A stretch of DNA of 64,000 nucleotides from an uncultured SAR86 cluster bacterium (GTDB lineage Bacteria; Pseudomonadota; Gammaproteobacteria; Magnimaribacterales; AG-339-G14). A program made the translations under genes and the position numbers. The stretch spans positions 340,916-404,915 of the forward strand of contig CACMKG010000001.1 in the NCBI GenBank assembly GCA_902614235.1, in the 5' to 3' direction. Positions 27,033 to 38,821 of this stretch are shown piece by piece (the stretch's first letter is position 1; each line of letters starts with the position of its first letter). The notes beneath the pieces were generated by a model, which had not been told where the DNA came from, ran no database searches, and was given only the letters and a program-made list of their open reading frames with translations.

Positions 27033-28130
27033 ATGTCAGGAAATACTATTGGTAAAAATTTTACAGTCACAACATTTGGCGAAAGTCATGGCGTGGCTTT
27101 AGGTTGCGTAATTGATGGTTGTCCTCCCGGAATAGAAATATCAAAAGAGGAAATTCAGAAGGAACTTGATTTTAGGAAGCCCGGTTCAAATAAATATACT
27201 ACTCAAAGAAAAGAATCCGACGAAGTAGAAATTCTTTCAGGAATATTTGAAGGAAAAACAACAGGAACGCCCATAGGTCTTTTGATTAGAAATAAAGATC
27301 AAAAAAGTTCTGATTATGATGATTTAAAAGATGTATTTAGGCCATCTCATGCAGATTATAGTTATCTTCAAAAATATGGAATAAGGGATCATAGAGGCGG
27401 AGGAAGATCTTCTGCTAGAGAAACAACCATGAGAGTTGCCGCAGGAGCAATTGCAAAGAAATTTCTTAAAACTAATTTGTCTATAGAAATAGATGGTTAT
27501 GTTAGTCAGATTGGCAAATTTAAAATAGAGAATTTTGATAAAGACGAAATAAAAAAGAATCCTTTTTTCTGCCCAGATAAAAAATTAATTCCTAATTTAG
27601 AAAAATATATTGATGATCTTCGAGAGCAGGGAGATTCCATAGGAGCAAAAATAACAGTTTGCGCTTCTAATATGCCGTTGGGACTTGGCGAGCCAGTTTT
27701 CGATAAATTAGATGCTGATATAGCTCATGCTTTAATGAGTATAAATGCTGTTAAAGGAGTTGAAATTGGCTCGGGATTTAATGTAGTAAATTTACAAGGT
27801 TCTGAAAATCGAGATGAGATGTCGTCCGAGGGATTTAAATCAAATAACTCTGGTGGAATTTCTGGTGGCATATCTACTGGACAAGACTTATCGGCCAGTA
27901 TTGCTTTAAAACCAACTTCAAGCATTATGGTTGAAGGCGATACAATAAACAAAAAAGGAGAGTCAGTTAAAGTTCAATCCAAAGGAAGGCATGATCCATG
28001 TGTAGGTATTAGAGCAGTTCCAATTGCTGAAGCAATGACAGCGATAGTTTTAACTGACCATTTTCTAAGAAATAGAGCGCAAAACGCAGATAAACCCGAT
28101 TCTTTAAATAAAATTCCTTCTAGCGAATAA
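27033..28130 (+). CDS. aroC: Chorismate synthase
   Basis: Motifs [15 protein letters not shown] and [10 protein letters not shown]. Confidence 0.95.
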   Translation: MSGNTIGKNFTVTTFGESHGVALGCVIDGCPPGIEISKEEIQKELDFRKPGSNKYTTQRKESDEVEILSGIFEGKTTGTPIGLLIRNKDQKSSDYDDLKDVFRPSHADYSYLQKYGIRDHRGGGRSSARETTMRVAAGAIAKKFLKTNLSIEIDGYVSQIGKFKIENFDKDEIKKNPFFCPDKKLIPNLEKYIDDLREQGDSIGAKITVCASNMPLGLGEPVFDKLDADIAHALMSINAVKGVEIGSGFNVVNLQGSENRDEMSSEGFKSNNSGGISGGISTGQDLSASIALKPTSSIMVEGDTINKKGESVKVQSKGRHDPCVGIRAVPIAEAMTAIVLTDHFLRNRAQNADKPDSLNKIPSSE

Positions 28131-28132
28131 AA

Positions 28133-29524
28133 ATGGAAAAAAGAACTCTTTACGATAAGATTTGGGATGATCACTTTGTAACTTCTAGAGACGACGGAAG
28201 TGATTTAATGTATATCGATAGACACTTAGTCCATGAGGTTACTTCACCTCAAGCTTTTGACGGGCTTCGAGAGAATAATTTAAAACCTAGGAGAGTGTCT
28301 TCAATTCTTGCCACACCCGACCACAATGTTCCAACAACCTCTAGAGATAATAATCTTGATGGGATAAAGGATCCTATCAGCAAATTACAAGTAACTACTC
28401 TTGATGAGAACTGTAATGAATTTGGAATTAATCAATTCAAACTTGATGACATGAGACAAGGCATTGTTCATGTGATAGGACCCGAACAAGGACTTACTTT
28501 ACCCGGAATGACAATTGTATGCGGAGATTCTCATACATCTACTCATGGAGCCTTCGGTTCCTTGGCTATGGGTATAGGGACCAGTGAAGTTGAACATGTT
28601 CTAGCTACTCAATGTTTAGTAACAAAAAAACAAAAAAATATGCTTATCAACATAGAAGGAGCCATTGAAAATGGTGTGACTGCAAAAGATATTACGATGT
28701 TTATCATTGGAAGAATCGGAACAGCTGGCGGTACCGGACATGTTATTGAATATAGCGGAGAGGCTATCCGCTCTTTATCAATGGAAGGAAGAATGACCTT
28801 ATGCAATATGGCAATAGAAGCAGGCGCCAGAGCAGGAATGGTTGCTCCAGATGAAAAGACTTTTGCTTATGTAAAAAATAGGCCAATGGCGCCTAAAGGT
28901 GATTTATTTGATAAAGCTGTGAACTATTGGAAGTCATTACCATCTGATGAAGGAGCAAAATTTGATGCAATATTTAATTTTAAATCGGAAGATATTTTGC
29001 CTCAGGTTACTTGGGGAACTTCACCAGAGATGGTTGTAAGTATCGAAGACGAAATTCCTCATACGAGCGACAAAAACATTCTTTCAGCACTGAATTATAT
29101 GGGACTTAAACCTGGAACAAAGATCAAGGAAATTGAACTGGACCAAATATTTATAGGCTCTTGTACTAATTCCAGAATTGAAGATCTTAGAGTTGCTTCT
29201 GAAATTTTAAAAGATAATAAAATTTCAAAAAGAATTAAAAGAGCGATTGTAGTTCCTGGATCTGGCCTAGTAAAAAAACAAGCTGAAGACGAAGGTTTAG
29301 ACAAAATTTTTATTGATGCGGGATTTGAATGGAGGGATGCAGGTTGCTCTATGTGTTTGGGTATGAATCCTGATCAGCTTAATCAATTAGAAAGATGCGC
29401 ATCTACCTCAAATAGAAATTTTGAAGGAAGACAAGGTTACAAAGGAAGAACACATTTGGTCAGTCCTGCAATGGCTGCATTGGCATCATTAGAAGGAAAA
29501 TTTTCTGATATTAGAGATTTATAA
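28133..29524 (+). CDS. leuC: 3-Isopropylmalate dehydratase large subunit
   Basis: Motifs [31 protein letters not shown] and NRNFEGRQG. Confidence 0.95.
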   Translation: MEKRTLYDKIWDDHFVTSRDDGSDLMYIDRHLVHEVTSPQAFDGLRENNLKPRRVSSILATPDHNVPTTSRDNNLDGIKDPISKLQVTTLDENCNEFGINQFKLDDMRQGIVHVIGPEQGLTLPGMTIVCGDSHTSTHGAFGSLAMGIGTSEVEHVLATQCLVTKKQKNMLINIEGAIENGVTAKDITMFIIGRIGTAGGTGHVIEYSGEAIRSLSMEGRMTLCNMAIEAGARAGMVAPDEKTFAYVKNRPMAPKGDLFDKAVNYWKSLPSDEGAKFDAIFNFKSEDILPQVTWGTSPEMVVSIEDEIPHTSDKNILSALNYMGLKPGTKIKEIELDQIFIGSCTNSRIEDLRVASEILKDNKISKRIKRAIVVPGSGLVKKQAEDEGLDKIFIDAGFEWRDAGCSMCLGMNPDQLNQLERCASTSNRNFEGRQGYKGRTHLVSPAMAALASLEGKFSDIRDL

Positions 29525-29528
29525 CAAT

Positions 29529-30173
29529 ATGGCTCAAATTTCTAATACATACTCAGGAAAAATTGTTTGTTTAGATAAGGCAAATGTAGATACTGATCAA
29601 ATTATTCCTAAACAATTTTTAAAATCTATTAAAAAAACAGGTCTCGGGCCTTTTTTATTTGATTCATGGAGATACGAAGATGAAGGTTATTTAGGAAAGG
29701 AAGAATCTAAAAGGACATTAAAAAATGACTTTATTTTAAATAATAAAGCTTTTTCTAATGCCAATATTCTTATTGCTAAAGAAAATTTTGGATGTGGCTC
29801 AAGTAGAGAACATGCTGTGTGGGCCCTCAAAGACTTTGGTATTACAACTGTAATCGCGCCATCTTTCGGTGATATTTTTTTTAATAATTGTTTTAAAAAT
29901 GGAATATTGGCTATTCAAATATCAAAGAGCAATCTAGAGAAAATTTTTTCAAAACAATCTGAAACTAAACCCTTAGAGATATCAGTTGATTTGGTAAATC
30001 AAAAAATATTTTATGAGAAATTATTTGAAGAAAACTTTGAGATAGATCCTTACAGAAAAAAATGTTTGATAGAAGGACTTGATGAAATAGGCTATAGCCT
30101 TAAATATGAAGATGAAATAAATAAATTTGAACAAAAATTAAGAAAAGAAAGATCTTGGGTTATTAATGACTAA
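29529..30173 (+). CDS. leuD: 3-Isopropylmalate dehydratase small subunit
   Basis: Motifs DTDQIIPKQFL and NFGCGSSREHA, with position after leuC. Confidence 0.9.
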   Translation: MAQISNTYSGKIVCLDKANVDTDQIIPKQFLKSIKKTGLGPFLFDSWRYEDEGYLGKEESKRTLKNDFILNNKAFSNANILIAKENFGCGSSREHAVWALKDFGITTVIAPSFGDIFFNNCFKNGILAIQISKSNLEKIFSKQSETKPLEISVDLVNQKIFYEKLFEENFEIDPYRKKCLIEGLDEIGYSLKYEDEINKFEQKLRKERSWVIND

Positions 30174-31233
30174 AAAAATGAACATTCTCCTATTACCTGG
30201 TGATGGAGTAGGACCAGAAGTCTGTAATGAAGCTGATAAAATAATTAAAGCAGTTGCAAATCGTTTTAATTTAAATATTTTGATTGAAAAAGATCTAATC
30301 GGAGGAGTGTCAATTGATAAAAATAAAACTCCCATAACAGATGAGGTAATTTCTAAAGCTAAGTCCTCTGATGCCATTATATTAGGTGGAGTCGGTGGGC
30401 CAAAATGGGACAATTTACCTTCTACAGATAAGCCTGAGAAAGGATTATTGAAATTAAGATCAGACTTAAAATTTTTTGCAAATTTAAGACCATCAATTTG
30501 TTTTAGTGAAACGTCAGGTGCCTCAAGTCTTAAAAAAGAAATTATCGAAGGTTTGGATCTATTGATTGTTAGGGAATTAACTGGCGGGATATATTTTGGA
30601 GAACCAAGAGAAAAATCTACTGTATCTGCATTCAATACTATGATTTATTCAAAAGATGAAATAAGAAGAATTTCTGAAGTTGCTTTTGAAAGTGCGATGA
30701 AAAGAAATAAGAAGTTATGTTCTGTTGATAAAGCAAATGTATTAGAAGTTTCAGAATTATGGCGAGAAGTTGTTGATGAAACTTCCTTAAAATACCCAGA
30801 AGTGAAACTTGAGCATATGCTAGTGGATAATGCTGCGATGCAATTAGTTAAAGATCCTAAACAATTTGACGTTATCGTATCTTCGAATTTATTTGGAGAT
30901 ATTTTGTCTGATATAGGGTCAATGTTGACTGGATCAATAGGAATGCTACCTTCTGCATCATTGGATCAAAATTCTAAAGGATTATATGAACCAGTTCATG
31001 GAACCGCTCCTGACATTGCAGGCAAAGGTGTGGTGAACCCTATAGCTACAATTTTGTCTGTTGCTATGATGTTTAAGTATACTTTTGAATTAAAGCAAGT
31101 TTCTGCAGAAATAGAATTTGCAGTGAAACAAGCCTTATCGAATGGTTATGCTACACAAGATATTGCTCAATCAAATTCAAAGATTTTATCAACAGAAGAA
31201 ATGGGATCATTAATATCGGATTATGTTCAATAA
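30166..31233 (+). CDS. leuB: 3-Isopropylmalate dehydrogenase
   Basis: Motifs LLPGDGVGPEV, NLFGDILSD and HGTAPDIAGKG. Confidence 0.95.
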   Translation: MTKKMNILLLPGDGVGPEVCNEADKIIKAVANRFNLNILIEKDLIGGVSIDKNKTPITDEVISKAKSSDAIILGGVGGPKWDNLPSTDKPEKGLLKLRSDLKFFANLRPSICFSETSGASSLKKEIIEGLDLLIVRELTGGIYFGEPREKSTVSAFNTMIYSKDEIRRISEVAFESAMKRNKKLCSVDKANVLEVSELWREVVDETSLKYPEVKLEHMLVDNAAMQLVKDPKQFDVIVSSNLFGDILSDIGSMLTGSIGMLPSASLDQNSKGLYEPVHGTAPDIAGKGVVNPIATILSVAMMFKYTFELKQVSAEIEFAVKQALSNGYATQDIAQSNSKILSTEEMGSLISDYVQ

Positions 31234-32221
31234 AAAATTAGTAATAGTTGGTGCTTCCGGAGCTGTTGGAAGAGTTTTTATTGAGCTTTTGGATGAGATG
31301 TATCCTGGCAATAAAGATTTATTTTTGGTTGCAAGTAAAAGATCAGCGGGTAGATCAATGTTCTGTGGTAAACAGGAATTTATAATTCAGGACATAGAAG
31401 AATTTGATTTTTCACAAGTAGATATAGCTTTTTTTTCTGCTGGTGCGGAAACCGCAGAAAAATATGCCCCCATTGCTGTTTCTAAAGGATGTATTGTGAT
31501 AGATAATTCATCACAGTTTCGAACAGACTTAGATAAACCTTTGATTGTTCCTGAAGTAAATTCTAAAGATCTTAAAAATTTTAAACTTCCCGGAATTATT
31601 GCCAATCCAAATTGTTCAACGGCTCAATTAGTTGTTGCATTGAAGCCAATTCATGACTTATTTAAAATTGAACGTGTCGATGTTGCTTCGTATCAATCAG
31701 TGTCTGGAACAGGAAAAGAAGGGATAGACGAATTACTTGAACAAACAGAAAGTTTTTTAAATAAAAAGGAAATAAAACCAAGAGTATACGGCGCTCAAAT
31801 TGCTTTTAATGTAATTCCTGCTGGAGATATTTTGGAAAATAATTATACAAACGAAGAAATGAAAATGAGTTTCGAAACTAATAAAATTTTAGACAAAGAC
31901 ATAAAGCTTTCTGCTACATGCTCAAGGGTTCCAGTTTTATTTGGACATTCTCTTGCTGTTCATGTTGAGACCAAAAAAGAAATAGATTTAAATTTGCTAA
32001 GAGACGAGATAAAAAAACAAAAAGGATTAGATATTTTTGATTCTCAAGATTTTACATCTCCAAATGCCGTTGATCATGCTGAAGGAAAAAATCCCGTTTC
32101 GGTTGGAAGATTAAGGTTAGACTTATGGAAAAATAACAGAATAAATTTTTGGGTGGTTGCTGATAATTTGAGAAAAGGTGCAGCATTGAATAGCCTTCAG
32201 ATATTAGATGAACTTTTATAA
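31223..32221 (+). CDS. asd: Aspartate-semialdehyde dehydrogenase, short USG-1/Asd2-type
   Basis: 332 aa, collinear with E. coli Usg and type-2 Asd as recalled: VGASGAVG, FFSAGAE....APIA...G..VIDNSS.FR, IIANPNCSTAQLVVALKPI (active-site Cys retained) and YQSVSGTGKEGIDEL. Confidence 0.75.
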   Translation: MFNKKLVIVGASGAVGRVFIELLDEMYPGNKDLFLVASKRSAGRSMFCGKQEFIIQDIEEFDFSQVDIAFFSAGAETAEKYAPIAVSKGCIVIDNSSQFRTDLDKPLIVPEVNSKDLKNFKLPGIIANPNCSTAQLVVALKPIHDLFKIERVDVASYQSVSGTGKEGIDELLEQTESFLNKKEIKPRVYGAQIAFNVIPAGDILENNYTNEEMKMSFETNKILDKDIKLSATCSRVPVLFGHSLAVHVETKKEIDLNLLRDEIKKQKGLDIFDSQDFTSPNAVDHAEGKNPVSVGRLRLDLWKNNRINFWVVADNLRKGAALNSLQILDELL

Positions 32222-33341
32222 AAATTACAAACTTTATTTATTTTTTCTTTTCCTTTTATATGGAAATTTAATAGTTTCGGAAGATGATCCAAAAATAAAT
32301 ACTGATGAATACAATAATCTCTGGTCTATCGGAATAGAATTGAAAGATATATATACCGAGTACTCAGTTTATCAAATAATGATTTCTTTATTGGAGCTAA
32401 ATGAGCTGGCATTTGAAAATGGAAATATAAATTTTTTAAAAAAAGGTTTTACTCTGAATCTTCCAAAGAAAAATGATTTAGAAAAACTAGAAGCTTTGAG
32501 TTCTATAAGAGAGGTCGCCAGACAAAATTTAGCTGCAAATGTAGGACCAATAGATTTCAGTGTATTGACAGATGTATTGGTTTTATCCGAACCAACTTTT
32601 GTATTGTCAAAAGAGGATGAAGATACTTCTCTAATTCTCGATGAAATTGATATTGATATAGCAAGCACTGAGGAATCTTTAAATGATAAAAACAGGAAAA
32701 CTTTAATTACTTATTCTATTGAAAGCGATTCAAATTTAGATTCTTCTGAAAAAATAATAGTAGTAAATCTTTCGGGAAGTAGTGACAAAGATGTGACTAA
32801 TTTATCAAAAGTTGAAGAGCTTTCTTCAATTCCTGATGAGATTGATTTAGCAGATAATGAAGAATCTTTATTCAGCTTTAATGAGGCAGACGAACTATTA
32901 GGTGAAATTGAGGTTGCAACAGAGCTGGATCAGAATAATGATCAGGTAAAACTTATCGATATTCCAAAATTTGAAATTGTTTCTGACGATTTAACAACAA
33001 TTGAAAAAAACTTTGAAAAAACACCTTTTAGAGATTTTTTGAGAACAGAATTTTATTTGCTCTTTGGTTTTATTCTATTTTTAGTTTTTTTGTGGGTGTT
33101 CAGAACAAGGCCAACTAAAAAAGAAACCAAAACCTTAAAAAATGATGAAGAATTGAAGAGCGATTTAGATGAAGAATTTGGTGAAATAGGAGATCCAATT
33201 GAAGCTAGAATTAATCTAGCTATAACATACATTGAGATGAATCAAATTGATAAAGCTAATGATCTTTTATCTCAAGTTTTGGAGTCAGAGGCGACTGAAA
33301 GTCAAAAAGAAAAAGCCCGGAACTTGATAAAAGATATCTAG
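32208..33341 (+). CDS. FimV-like protein (N-terminal LysM-like region, acidic repeat linker, TM, C-terminal FimV motif)
   Basis: Conserved position between asd and truA, as in Pseudomonas. The N-terminus has signal/LysM-like FTLNLP, and there is one TM helix (FYLLFGFILFLVFLWVF). The C-terminus DPIEARINLAITYIEMNQIDKANDLLSQVL matches the FimV C-terminal motif. Confidence 0.6.
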   Translation: MNFYKNYKLYLFFLFLLYGNLIVSEDDPKINTDEYNNLWSIGIELKDIYTEYSVYQIMISLLELNELAFENGNINFLKKGFTLNLPKKNDLEKLEALSSIREVARQNLAANVGPIDFSVLTDVLVLSEPTFVLSKEDEDTSLILDEIDIDIASTEESLNDKNRKTLITYSIESDSNLDSSEKIIVVNLSGSSDKDVTNLSKVEELSSIPDEIDLADNEESLFSFNEADELLGEIEVATELDQNNDQVKLIDIPKFEIVSDDLTTIEKNFEKTPFRDFLRTEFYLLFGFILFLVFLWVFRTRPTKKETKTLKNDEELKSDLDEEFGEIGDPIEARINLAITYIEMNQIDKANDLLSQVLESEATESQKEKARNLIKDI

Positions 33342-33345
33342 TTCT

Positions 33346-34140
33346 ATGAAAAGATTTGCAGCTAGTATTGAATACTATGGAACGAACTATAGTGGCTGGC
33401 AAAAACAAAAACAAACCTTAGATACTGTTCAAGAGAAAGTTGAAAATGCTTTATCATCCATTGCAAATGAAGAAATCAAAGTAATTTGCTCTGGAAGAAC
33501 TGACGCTGGCGTCCATGCAATATCGCAAGTTATTCATTTTGATACTAATGCAAAAAGGTTTAAAAAATCCTGGGTTGAAGGTACTAATTCGCTTCTTCCA
33601 AACGATATTTCAATAAATTGGATTAAAAGTGTTGATAATACATTTAATGCAAGATTTTCTGCCGTTAATAGGACATATAAATACATTGTTTTTAATAAAA
33701 CTTCTTGTTCAATAATTCACTCTAATAGAGTAACTCTTGTTAAAGAGAAACTAGACATCGATACCATGGTTAAAGCTTCAAGATTTTTGCTGGGAGAAAA
33801 AGATTTTTCTTCTTTTAGAGCATCGGGGTGTCAATCAAAAACTCCCATGCGCAATGTCAAAGAGATAAAAATTACCAAGAAAAAAAATACAATTACTTTT
33901 GAGATATCTGCAAATGCTTTTTTATTTAATATGGTGAGAATTATAATGGGCACACTAATTAACTTTGGTGTAAATAATTTGGATCCTATGCTTATGAAAG
34001 AAATTTTAGACTCAAAAGATAGAAAAGAAGCATCAAAAACTTTAGATTCATGCGGTTTGTATTTTATAGGCCCTGAATATCCTGAAATCTTTAAGTTGCC
34101 AAGACCCCCAATTAAAAGACAGATAGTTCCTTACATTTAA
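33346..34140 (+). CDS. truA: tRNA pseudouridine(38-40) synthase
   Basis: Motifs YYGTNYSGWQKQ and GRTDAGVHA. Confidence 0.9.
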   Translation: MKRFAASIEYYGTNYSGWQKQKQTLDTVQEKVENALSSIANEEIKVICSGRTDAGVHAISQVIHFDTNAKRFKKSWVEGTNSLLPNDISINWIKSVDNTFNARFSAVNRTYKYIVFNKTSCSIIHSNRVTLVKEKLDIDTMVKASRFLLGEKDFSSFRASGCQSKTPMRNVKEIKITKKKNTITFEISANAFLFNMVRIIMGTLINFGVNNLDPMLMKEILDSKDRKEASKTLDSCGLYFIGPEYPEIFKLPRPPIKRQIVPYI

Positions 34141-34141
34141 A

Positions 34142-34762
34142 ATGACTATATTTATAAAAATATGTGGTGTCACTAATCTTAAAGATGCAGAAGCTAGTTT
34201 AAGGAAAGGCGCAGATGCGATTGGATTCATTCAGAGTAAAAAAAGTGAAAGATTTGTAACTTTAGAAACTTTAAAAGGGATTAAAAACGGTATTGGTACT
34301 AATTTTTCAACCATTCCAGTTTTCGTCAACCCCTCAACAGAGGAAGTGGAAAATTTTTTAAATATTTTTCCTAATAGCATCCTTCAATTCCATGGTGACG
34401 AAGAAGAAGAATTTTGTAAATCATTTGATACACGTTATATAAAAGCCATAAATGTCTCTAATCAAGAGGATTTAATGAATAATATAAACAGATATAAAGA
34501 CTCTTATGCATATTTACTTGATTCAGGCGACTCTCAGAATAGAGGCGGAACTGGAGAAACTTTTGATTGGAAGCTTATACCTAAACTTCTATCTAACAAA
34601 ATAATTGTTGCTGGTGGTTTGGATTCAAATAACATTAATGTATTGTTAGATACAATTATTCCATTCGGTGTAGATGTTAGTAGTGGCGTCGAGTCTAAAA
34701 AAGGAGTAAAAGATCATTCTAAAATAGATAAGTTCATAAAATTGGTAAAAAAACATGAGTAA
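34142..34762 (+). CDS. trpF: Phosphoribosylanthranilate isomerase
   Basis: N-terminus KICGVTN, QFHGDE, and 206 aa located upstream of trpBA. Confidence 0.85.
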   Translation: MTIFIKICGVTNLKDAEASLRKGADAIGFIQSKKSERFVTLETLKGIKNGIGTNFSTIPVFVNPSTEEVENFLNIFPNSILQFHGDEEEEFCKSFDTRYIKAINVSNQEDLMNNINRYKDSYAYLLDSGDSQNRGGTGETFDWKLIPKLLSNKIIVAGGLDSNNINVLLDTIIPFGVDVSSGVESKKGVKDHSKIDKFIKLVKKHE

Positions 34763-35960
34763 AGAAAATTACGATTTTCCCGATAAAGATGGAAGATTTG
34801 GAGAGTTTGGAGGCAAATATGTTTCTGAAACTCTTATTTCCGCATTAGATGAGCTCGAATGTACTTATGAAGAGGTAAAAAAAGATAAATCTTTCCTTGC
34901 GGAAGTAAAAAATGATCTTGAAACTTTTGTGGGTAGACCATCGCCACTTTATTATGCACAAAGATGGACAGAAAACTTAGGAGGAGCAAAGATTTATTTG
35001 AAGCGAGAAGATTTAAATCATACCGGAGCTCATAAAATTAATAATACTGTTGGGCAAGTTCTTTTAGCAAAAAAAATGGGCAAGAAAAGAATTATCGCTG
35101 AAACAGGAGCTGGCCAGCATGGTGTAGCAACAGCTGCTGTTGCTGCTAGGCATGGTCTTGAATGCATTATTTTTATGGGAGAGGAAGATATAGAAAGACA
35201 GTCTCCAAACGTTTACAGAATGAAGTTGCTAGGAGCAACTGTTTGCACGGTTAATTCAGGAACAAAAACTCTCAAAGATGCAATGAATGAAGCAATGAGA
35301 GACTGGGTAACGAATGTAGATGATACACATTATATAATTGGAAGTGTTGCTGGTCCTCATCCATACCCCCAAATAGTTAGAGATTTTAATTCAATAGTTG
35401 GAATCGAATTAAAGGATCAGTCTAGGGATCTTTTTGGAAGATATCCTGACAAAATTATTGCTTGTGTTGGAGGGGGTTCAAACGCTATGGGAATTTTTTA
35501 TCCATTCTTGAAGGATAATTCTGTTGATTTAATTGGCGTAGAAGCTGGAGGTTCAGGAGTAGATTCAGGTATGCATGCTGCACCATTGAGTGATGGAAGT
35601 ATAGGAGTTCTGCATGGAATGAAAACATATTTAATGCAAGATCAAGAAGGTCAAATTTTATCTACACATTCTGTTTCAGCAGGGTTGGATTATCCAGGAG
35701 TAGGACCAGAACATTCTTATTTAAGGGATTCTGGAAGAGTTGTTTACGAAGCTGCCACAGATGAAGAAGCGCTAGACAGTTTTCATGATTTAACAAAAAC
35801 AGAAGGAATTATGCCTGCTCTCGAAACTGCACACGCTTTAGCATATGTTAAAAAAATTGCACCCGATTTAGATAAAGAAGAAATTTTAGTTGTAAATTTA
35901 TCAGGCAGAGGGGATAAGGATATGGCTAATGTCGCGAAAGTTGAAGGTCTTACTTTGTGA
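34755..35960 (+). CDS. trpB: Tryptophan synthase beta chain
   Basis: Motifs [19 protein letters not shown] and [11 protein letters not shown]. Confidence 0.95.
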   Translation: MSKENYDFPDKDGRFGEFGGKYVSETLISALDELECTYEEVKKDKSFLAEVKNDLETFVGRPSPLYYAQRWTENLGGAKIYLKREDLNHTGAHKINNTVGQVLLAKKMGKKRIIAETGAGQHGVATAAVAARHGLECIIFMGEEDIERQSPNVYRMKLLGATVCTVNSGTKTLKDAMNEAMRDWVTNVDDTHYIIGSVAGPHPYPQIVRDFNSIVGIELKDQSRDLFGRYPDKIIACVGGGSNAMGIFYPFLKDNSVDLIGVEAGGSGVDSGMHAAPLSDGSIGVLHGMKTYLMQDQEGQILSTHSVSAGLDYPGVGPEHSYLRDSGRVVYEAATDEEALDSFHDLTKTEGIMPALETAHALAYVKKIAPDLDKEEILVVNLSGRGDKDMANVAKVEGLTL

Positions 35961-36757
35961 GCAATATTGAAAAAGTATTTAAAAACTTAAAAAAAGAAAA
36001 CAAAAAAGCCTTGATTACTTACTCAGTTGCAGGCGACCCTGATCTTAAGTCCTCTGAAAAAATAATCAGAAATTTTATTCTGGAAGGTGTAGATATAATT
36101 GAAGTGGGAGTTCCTTTTTCCGATCCAATGGCTGAAGGCCCATCAATTCAATTGGGACACGAAAGAGCATTGAAAAATAAGATTTCTCTTTTGGATATAA
36201 TGCAAATGTGTCTGAATATTAAAAATGATCATCCTAATACACCGTTGGTTTTAATGGGCTATATGAATAACTTTTTGTCATTGAAAGAAAATCTTTTTGA
36301 TGAATTAAAAAAAAATAAAATCGATGGCTTGATTATTGTTGATCTGCCTTATGTTGAAAGCAATGAATTTTTAAAAAAATTAAATGAAAAAGATATTGAT
36401 TTAATTAGATTGATATCTCCAACTACAACTAAGGAAAGGATAGATAAAATTCTTGCCTCTTCATCTGGCTATCTTTACTACATATCCTTAAAAGGAGTAA
36501 CTGGCTCAGAGCTGAAAATATCAGATGAATTAGAAAATAGAGTATTAGAAATAAAAAAACAAACAAAACTTCCTGTCGTCGTGGGTTTCGGAATTAAAGA
36601 TGCTAAGACTGCAAAAAAAATGTCTCTCTGCTCTGACGGAGTTGTGGTTGGAAGCAAGCTAGTTGATGAAATAGGATCTTTCAACCCAAATAAAGAAAAT
36701 ATATTAAATCAAAACTTAACGTCTATAATTAGCGAATTGAAAGAAGGGATATCATAG
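35957..36757 (+). CDS. trpA: Tryptophan synthase alpha chain
   Basis: Motifs [14 protein letters not shown] and GFGI. GTG start overlapping the trpB stop. Confidence 0.9.
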   Translation: MSNIEKVFKNLKKENKKALITYSVAGDPDLKSSEKIIRNFILEGVDIIEVGVPFSDPMAEGPSIQLGHERALKNKISLLDIMQMCLNIKNDHPNTPLVLMGYMNNFLSLKENLFDELKKNKIDGLIIVDLPYVESNEFLKKLNEKDIDLIRLISPTTTKERIDKILASSSGYLYYISLKGVTGSELKISDELENRVLEIKKQTKLPVVVGFGIKDAKTAKKMSLCSDGVVVGSKLVDEIGSFNPNKENILNQNLTSIISELKEGIS

Positions 36758-36759
36758 AC

Positions 36760-37620
36760 ATGGCCAAGGGTTGGTTTAATAAAATTTTGCCTTCATTTGT
36801 GAGAAGAGATAGCTCAAATGAAAAGAAAAGTCCTGTGCCTCAAGGTTTGTGGCAAAGCTGTCCAAACTGTAAGGAAATAATTTACGGGCCAGATTTGGAA
36901 TCTAATTTATTCGTTTGTCCAAACTGTGATCACCATATTCGAATAGGTGCAAGACATAGATTAAGTTACTTATTTGATGAAGACTCTTATGAAGAAATTT
37001 CTTCTAAATTAGAAGCTAAAGATTGGCTTTCTTTTAAAGATTCAAAAAAATACAAAGACAGACTTTCTGAAGCTCAGTCAAACATTGATGAAAAGGAAGC
37101 AATGATTTCAGCGGTAGGAAAAATCAATGGTAAAGAGGTTGTTATATCTGCTTTTGAATTCAGATTTATGGGCGGTTCGATGGGCTCTGTTGTTGGTCAA
37201 AAATTTATTGATGCTGCAAATAAAGCTATCGAAATGAAATGTCCATTTATTTGTTTCTCTACTTCAGGAGGAGCAAGAATGCAGGAATCACTTTTTTCTT
37301 TGTTCCAGATGGCAAGAACAAGTGCAGTTCTAAATACTCTAAAAGAAAATAAACTTCCATATATATCTGTTTTAACCGATCCAATTTTTGGAGGAGTTGC
37401 AGCAAGTTTAGCTATGTTAGGTGATATAAATATTGCTGAACCAAAAGCTCAAGTAGGATTTGCTGGTCCAAGAGTTATTGAAGATACTGTTAGAGTTAAG
37501 TTGCCAGATGGTTTTCAAAGAAGTGAATTTTTATTAAATCACGGTATGATTGATATGATTGTTCATAGATCAGAGCTTAAAGACAAGCTATCTGGATTAA
37601 TTAGTAAACTTCATAAATAG
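36760..37620 (+). CDS. accD: Acetyl-CoA carboxylase carboxyltransferase beta subunit
   Basis: Zn ribbon CPNC...CPNCDHH plus FRFMGGSMGSVVG and SGGARMQE. Confidence 0.95.
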   Translation: MAKGWFNKILPSFVRRDSSNEKKSPVPQGLWQSCPNCKEIIYGPDLESNLFVCPNCDHHIRIGARHRLSYLFDEDSYEEISSKLEAKDWLSFKDSKKYKDRLSEAQSNIDEKEAMISAVGKINGKEVVISAFEFRFMGGSMGSVVGQKFIDAANKAIEMKCPFICFSTSGGARMQESLFSLFQMARTSAVLNTLKENKLPYISVLTDPIFGGVAASLAMLGDINIAEPKAQVGFAGPRVIEDTVRVKLPDGFQRSEFLLNHGMIDMIVHRSELKDKLSGLISKLHK

Positions 37621-37626
37621 ATCATT

Positions 37627-38802
37627 TTGTCAGTTAATAATTGGCTCAATAAAAAAGTTAAAGAATATAATCAAGAAAAAATAGATCTTTCAATTCTTAA
37701 AGATTTAATTTTAGATCTCGAAATTTCTATTCCAAAAAAAATTATCTCAATTGTAGGAACAAATGGAAAAGGCTCAACAGCTAATTTAATCAGTAAAATT
37801 TTAAAAGATAATTCTTATTCTGTGGGCCTCTATACATCGCCTCATTTAATAAATTACAACGAAAGAATAGATATAAATAGAATAAATATTAATGATGAAG
37901 CTTTAAAAGAATATTTTTTAAAAATTGAAAAAAAAATAAATACAAGAAAATTAAACTTCTATCAAATGTTATCTTTAACAGCGTTTAAATATTTTTCAGA
38001 TAATAAATTAGATATTTGGGTTTTAGAAGCAGGTTTGGGAGGAAGACTTGATCCTATCAATTGTTTTGATGCAGATTTATCAATCATTACAAACATCTCT
38101 TTGGATCATCAGGAAATTTTAGGTAGCGACACAGATTCTATTGGAAAGGAGAAAGCAGGAATCTTGAGAAATAATCAAAAACTTATCTTTGGTGCTAAAA
38201 AAATTCCTGAATCCGTTATCAAAATGATAAATTCTTTGAATGTCGATCTCTATAAAATTGACAATCAAGATTTAGAAGAAGACCTTCACATAAATAAAAA
38301 TGCGGTAAAAATTGCAACAAAAGCAATTGAATTAATTGATCCAAAGATTTCAAAAAAAAATATATTCAATTCAATCAGAAATACTAAAATTTTAGGAAGA
38401 TGCGATTTAATCAATAATGAGTTCTTAGTTGATGTGGCTCATAATGAAGATGCAATTAAGAATTTAAAAAGTTTTATCAAATCTAGAAGCTTAGATGAAG
38501 ATGGCATTGCAGCAATATTTCATTGTTCAAAATCAAAAAATCCAATATCTTTAATTTCACCATTAAATAAATTATTTTCAGAATTGAGAATTCCAAGAAT
38601 TAATAATTTTAGATTGCTAGACGAAGAATATATTGAAGAAAGTTTTAACAATCATTTTGAAATAAAAGTATCTATTGATGAGACAATTGAAAAAAGTATT
38701 AAAGAGATAAAATTATTAAAACCCGAATCTTTGATCTTAATTTTTGGTTCTTTTTACCTAGCTGGAGAGTTTTATAAACTTCCTCTTTATAAAAATGTAT
38801 AA
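37627..38802 (+). CDS. folC: Bifunctional folylpolyglutamate synthase / dihydrofolate synthase
   Basis: P-loop VGTNGKGST and Mur-ligase-like layout, located between accD and cvpA. TTG start. Confidence 0.8.
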   Translation: MSVNNWLNKKVKEYNQEKIDLSILKDLILDLEISIPKKIISIVGTNGKGSTANLISKILKDNSYSVGLYTSPHLINYNERIDINRININDEALKEYFLKIEKKINTRKLNFYQMLSLTAFKYFSDNKLDIWVLEAGLGGRLDPINCFDADLSIITNISLDHQEILGSDTDSIGKEKAGILRNNQKLIFGAKKIPESVIKMINSLNVDLYKIDNQDLEEDLHINKNAVKIATKAIELIDPKISKKNIFNSIRNTKILGRCDLINNEFLVDVAHNEDAIKNLKSFIKSRSLDEDGIAAIFHCSKSKNPISLISPLNKLFSELRIPRINNFRLLDEEYIEESFNNHFEIKVSIDETIEKSIKEIKLLKPESLILIFGSFYLAGEFYKLPLYKNV

Positions 38803-38821
38803 TTGATACTTTAAAGCATTA

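Noticed and set aside
30138-30635. 165-aa reverse-strand ORF inside leuB
   Set aside because: It is entirely antisense to a strongly conserved leuB reading frame. Its translation is low-complexity (Ser/Pro/Ile/Phe-rich) with no recognisable motif, which is typical of a shadow ORF.
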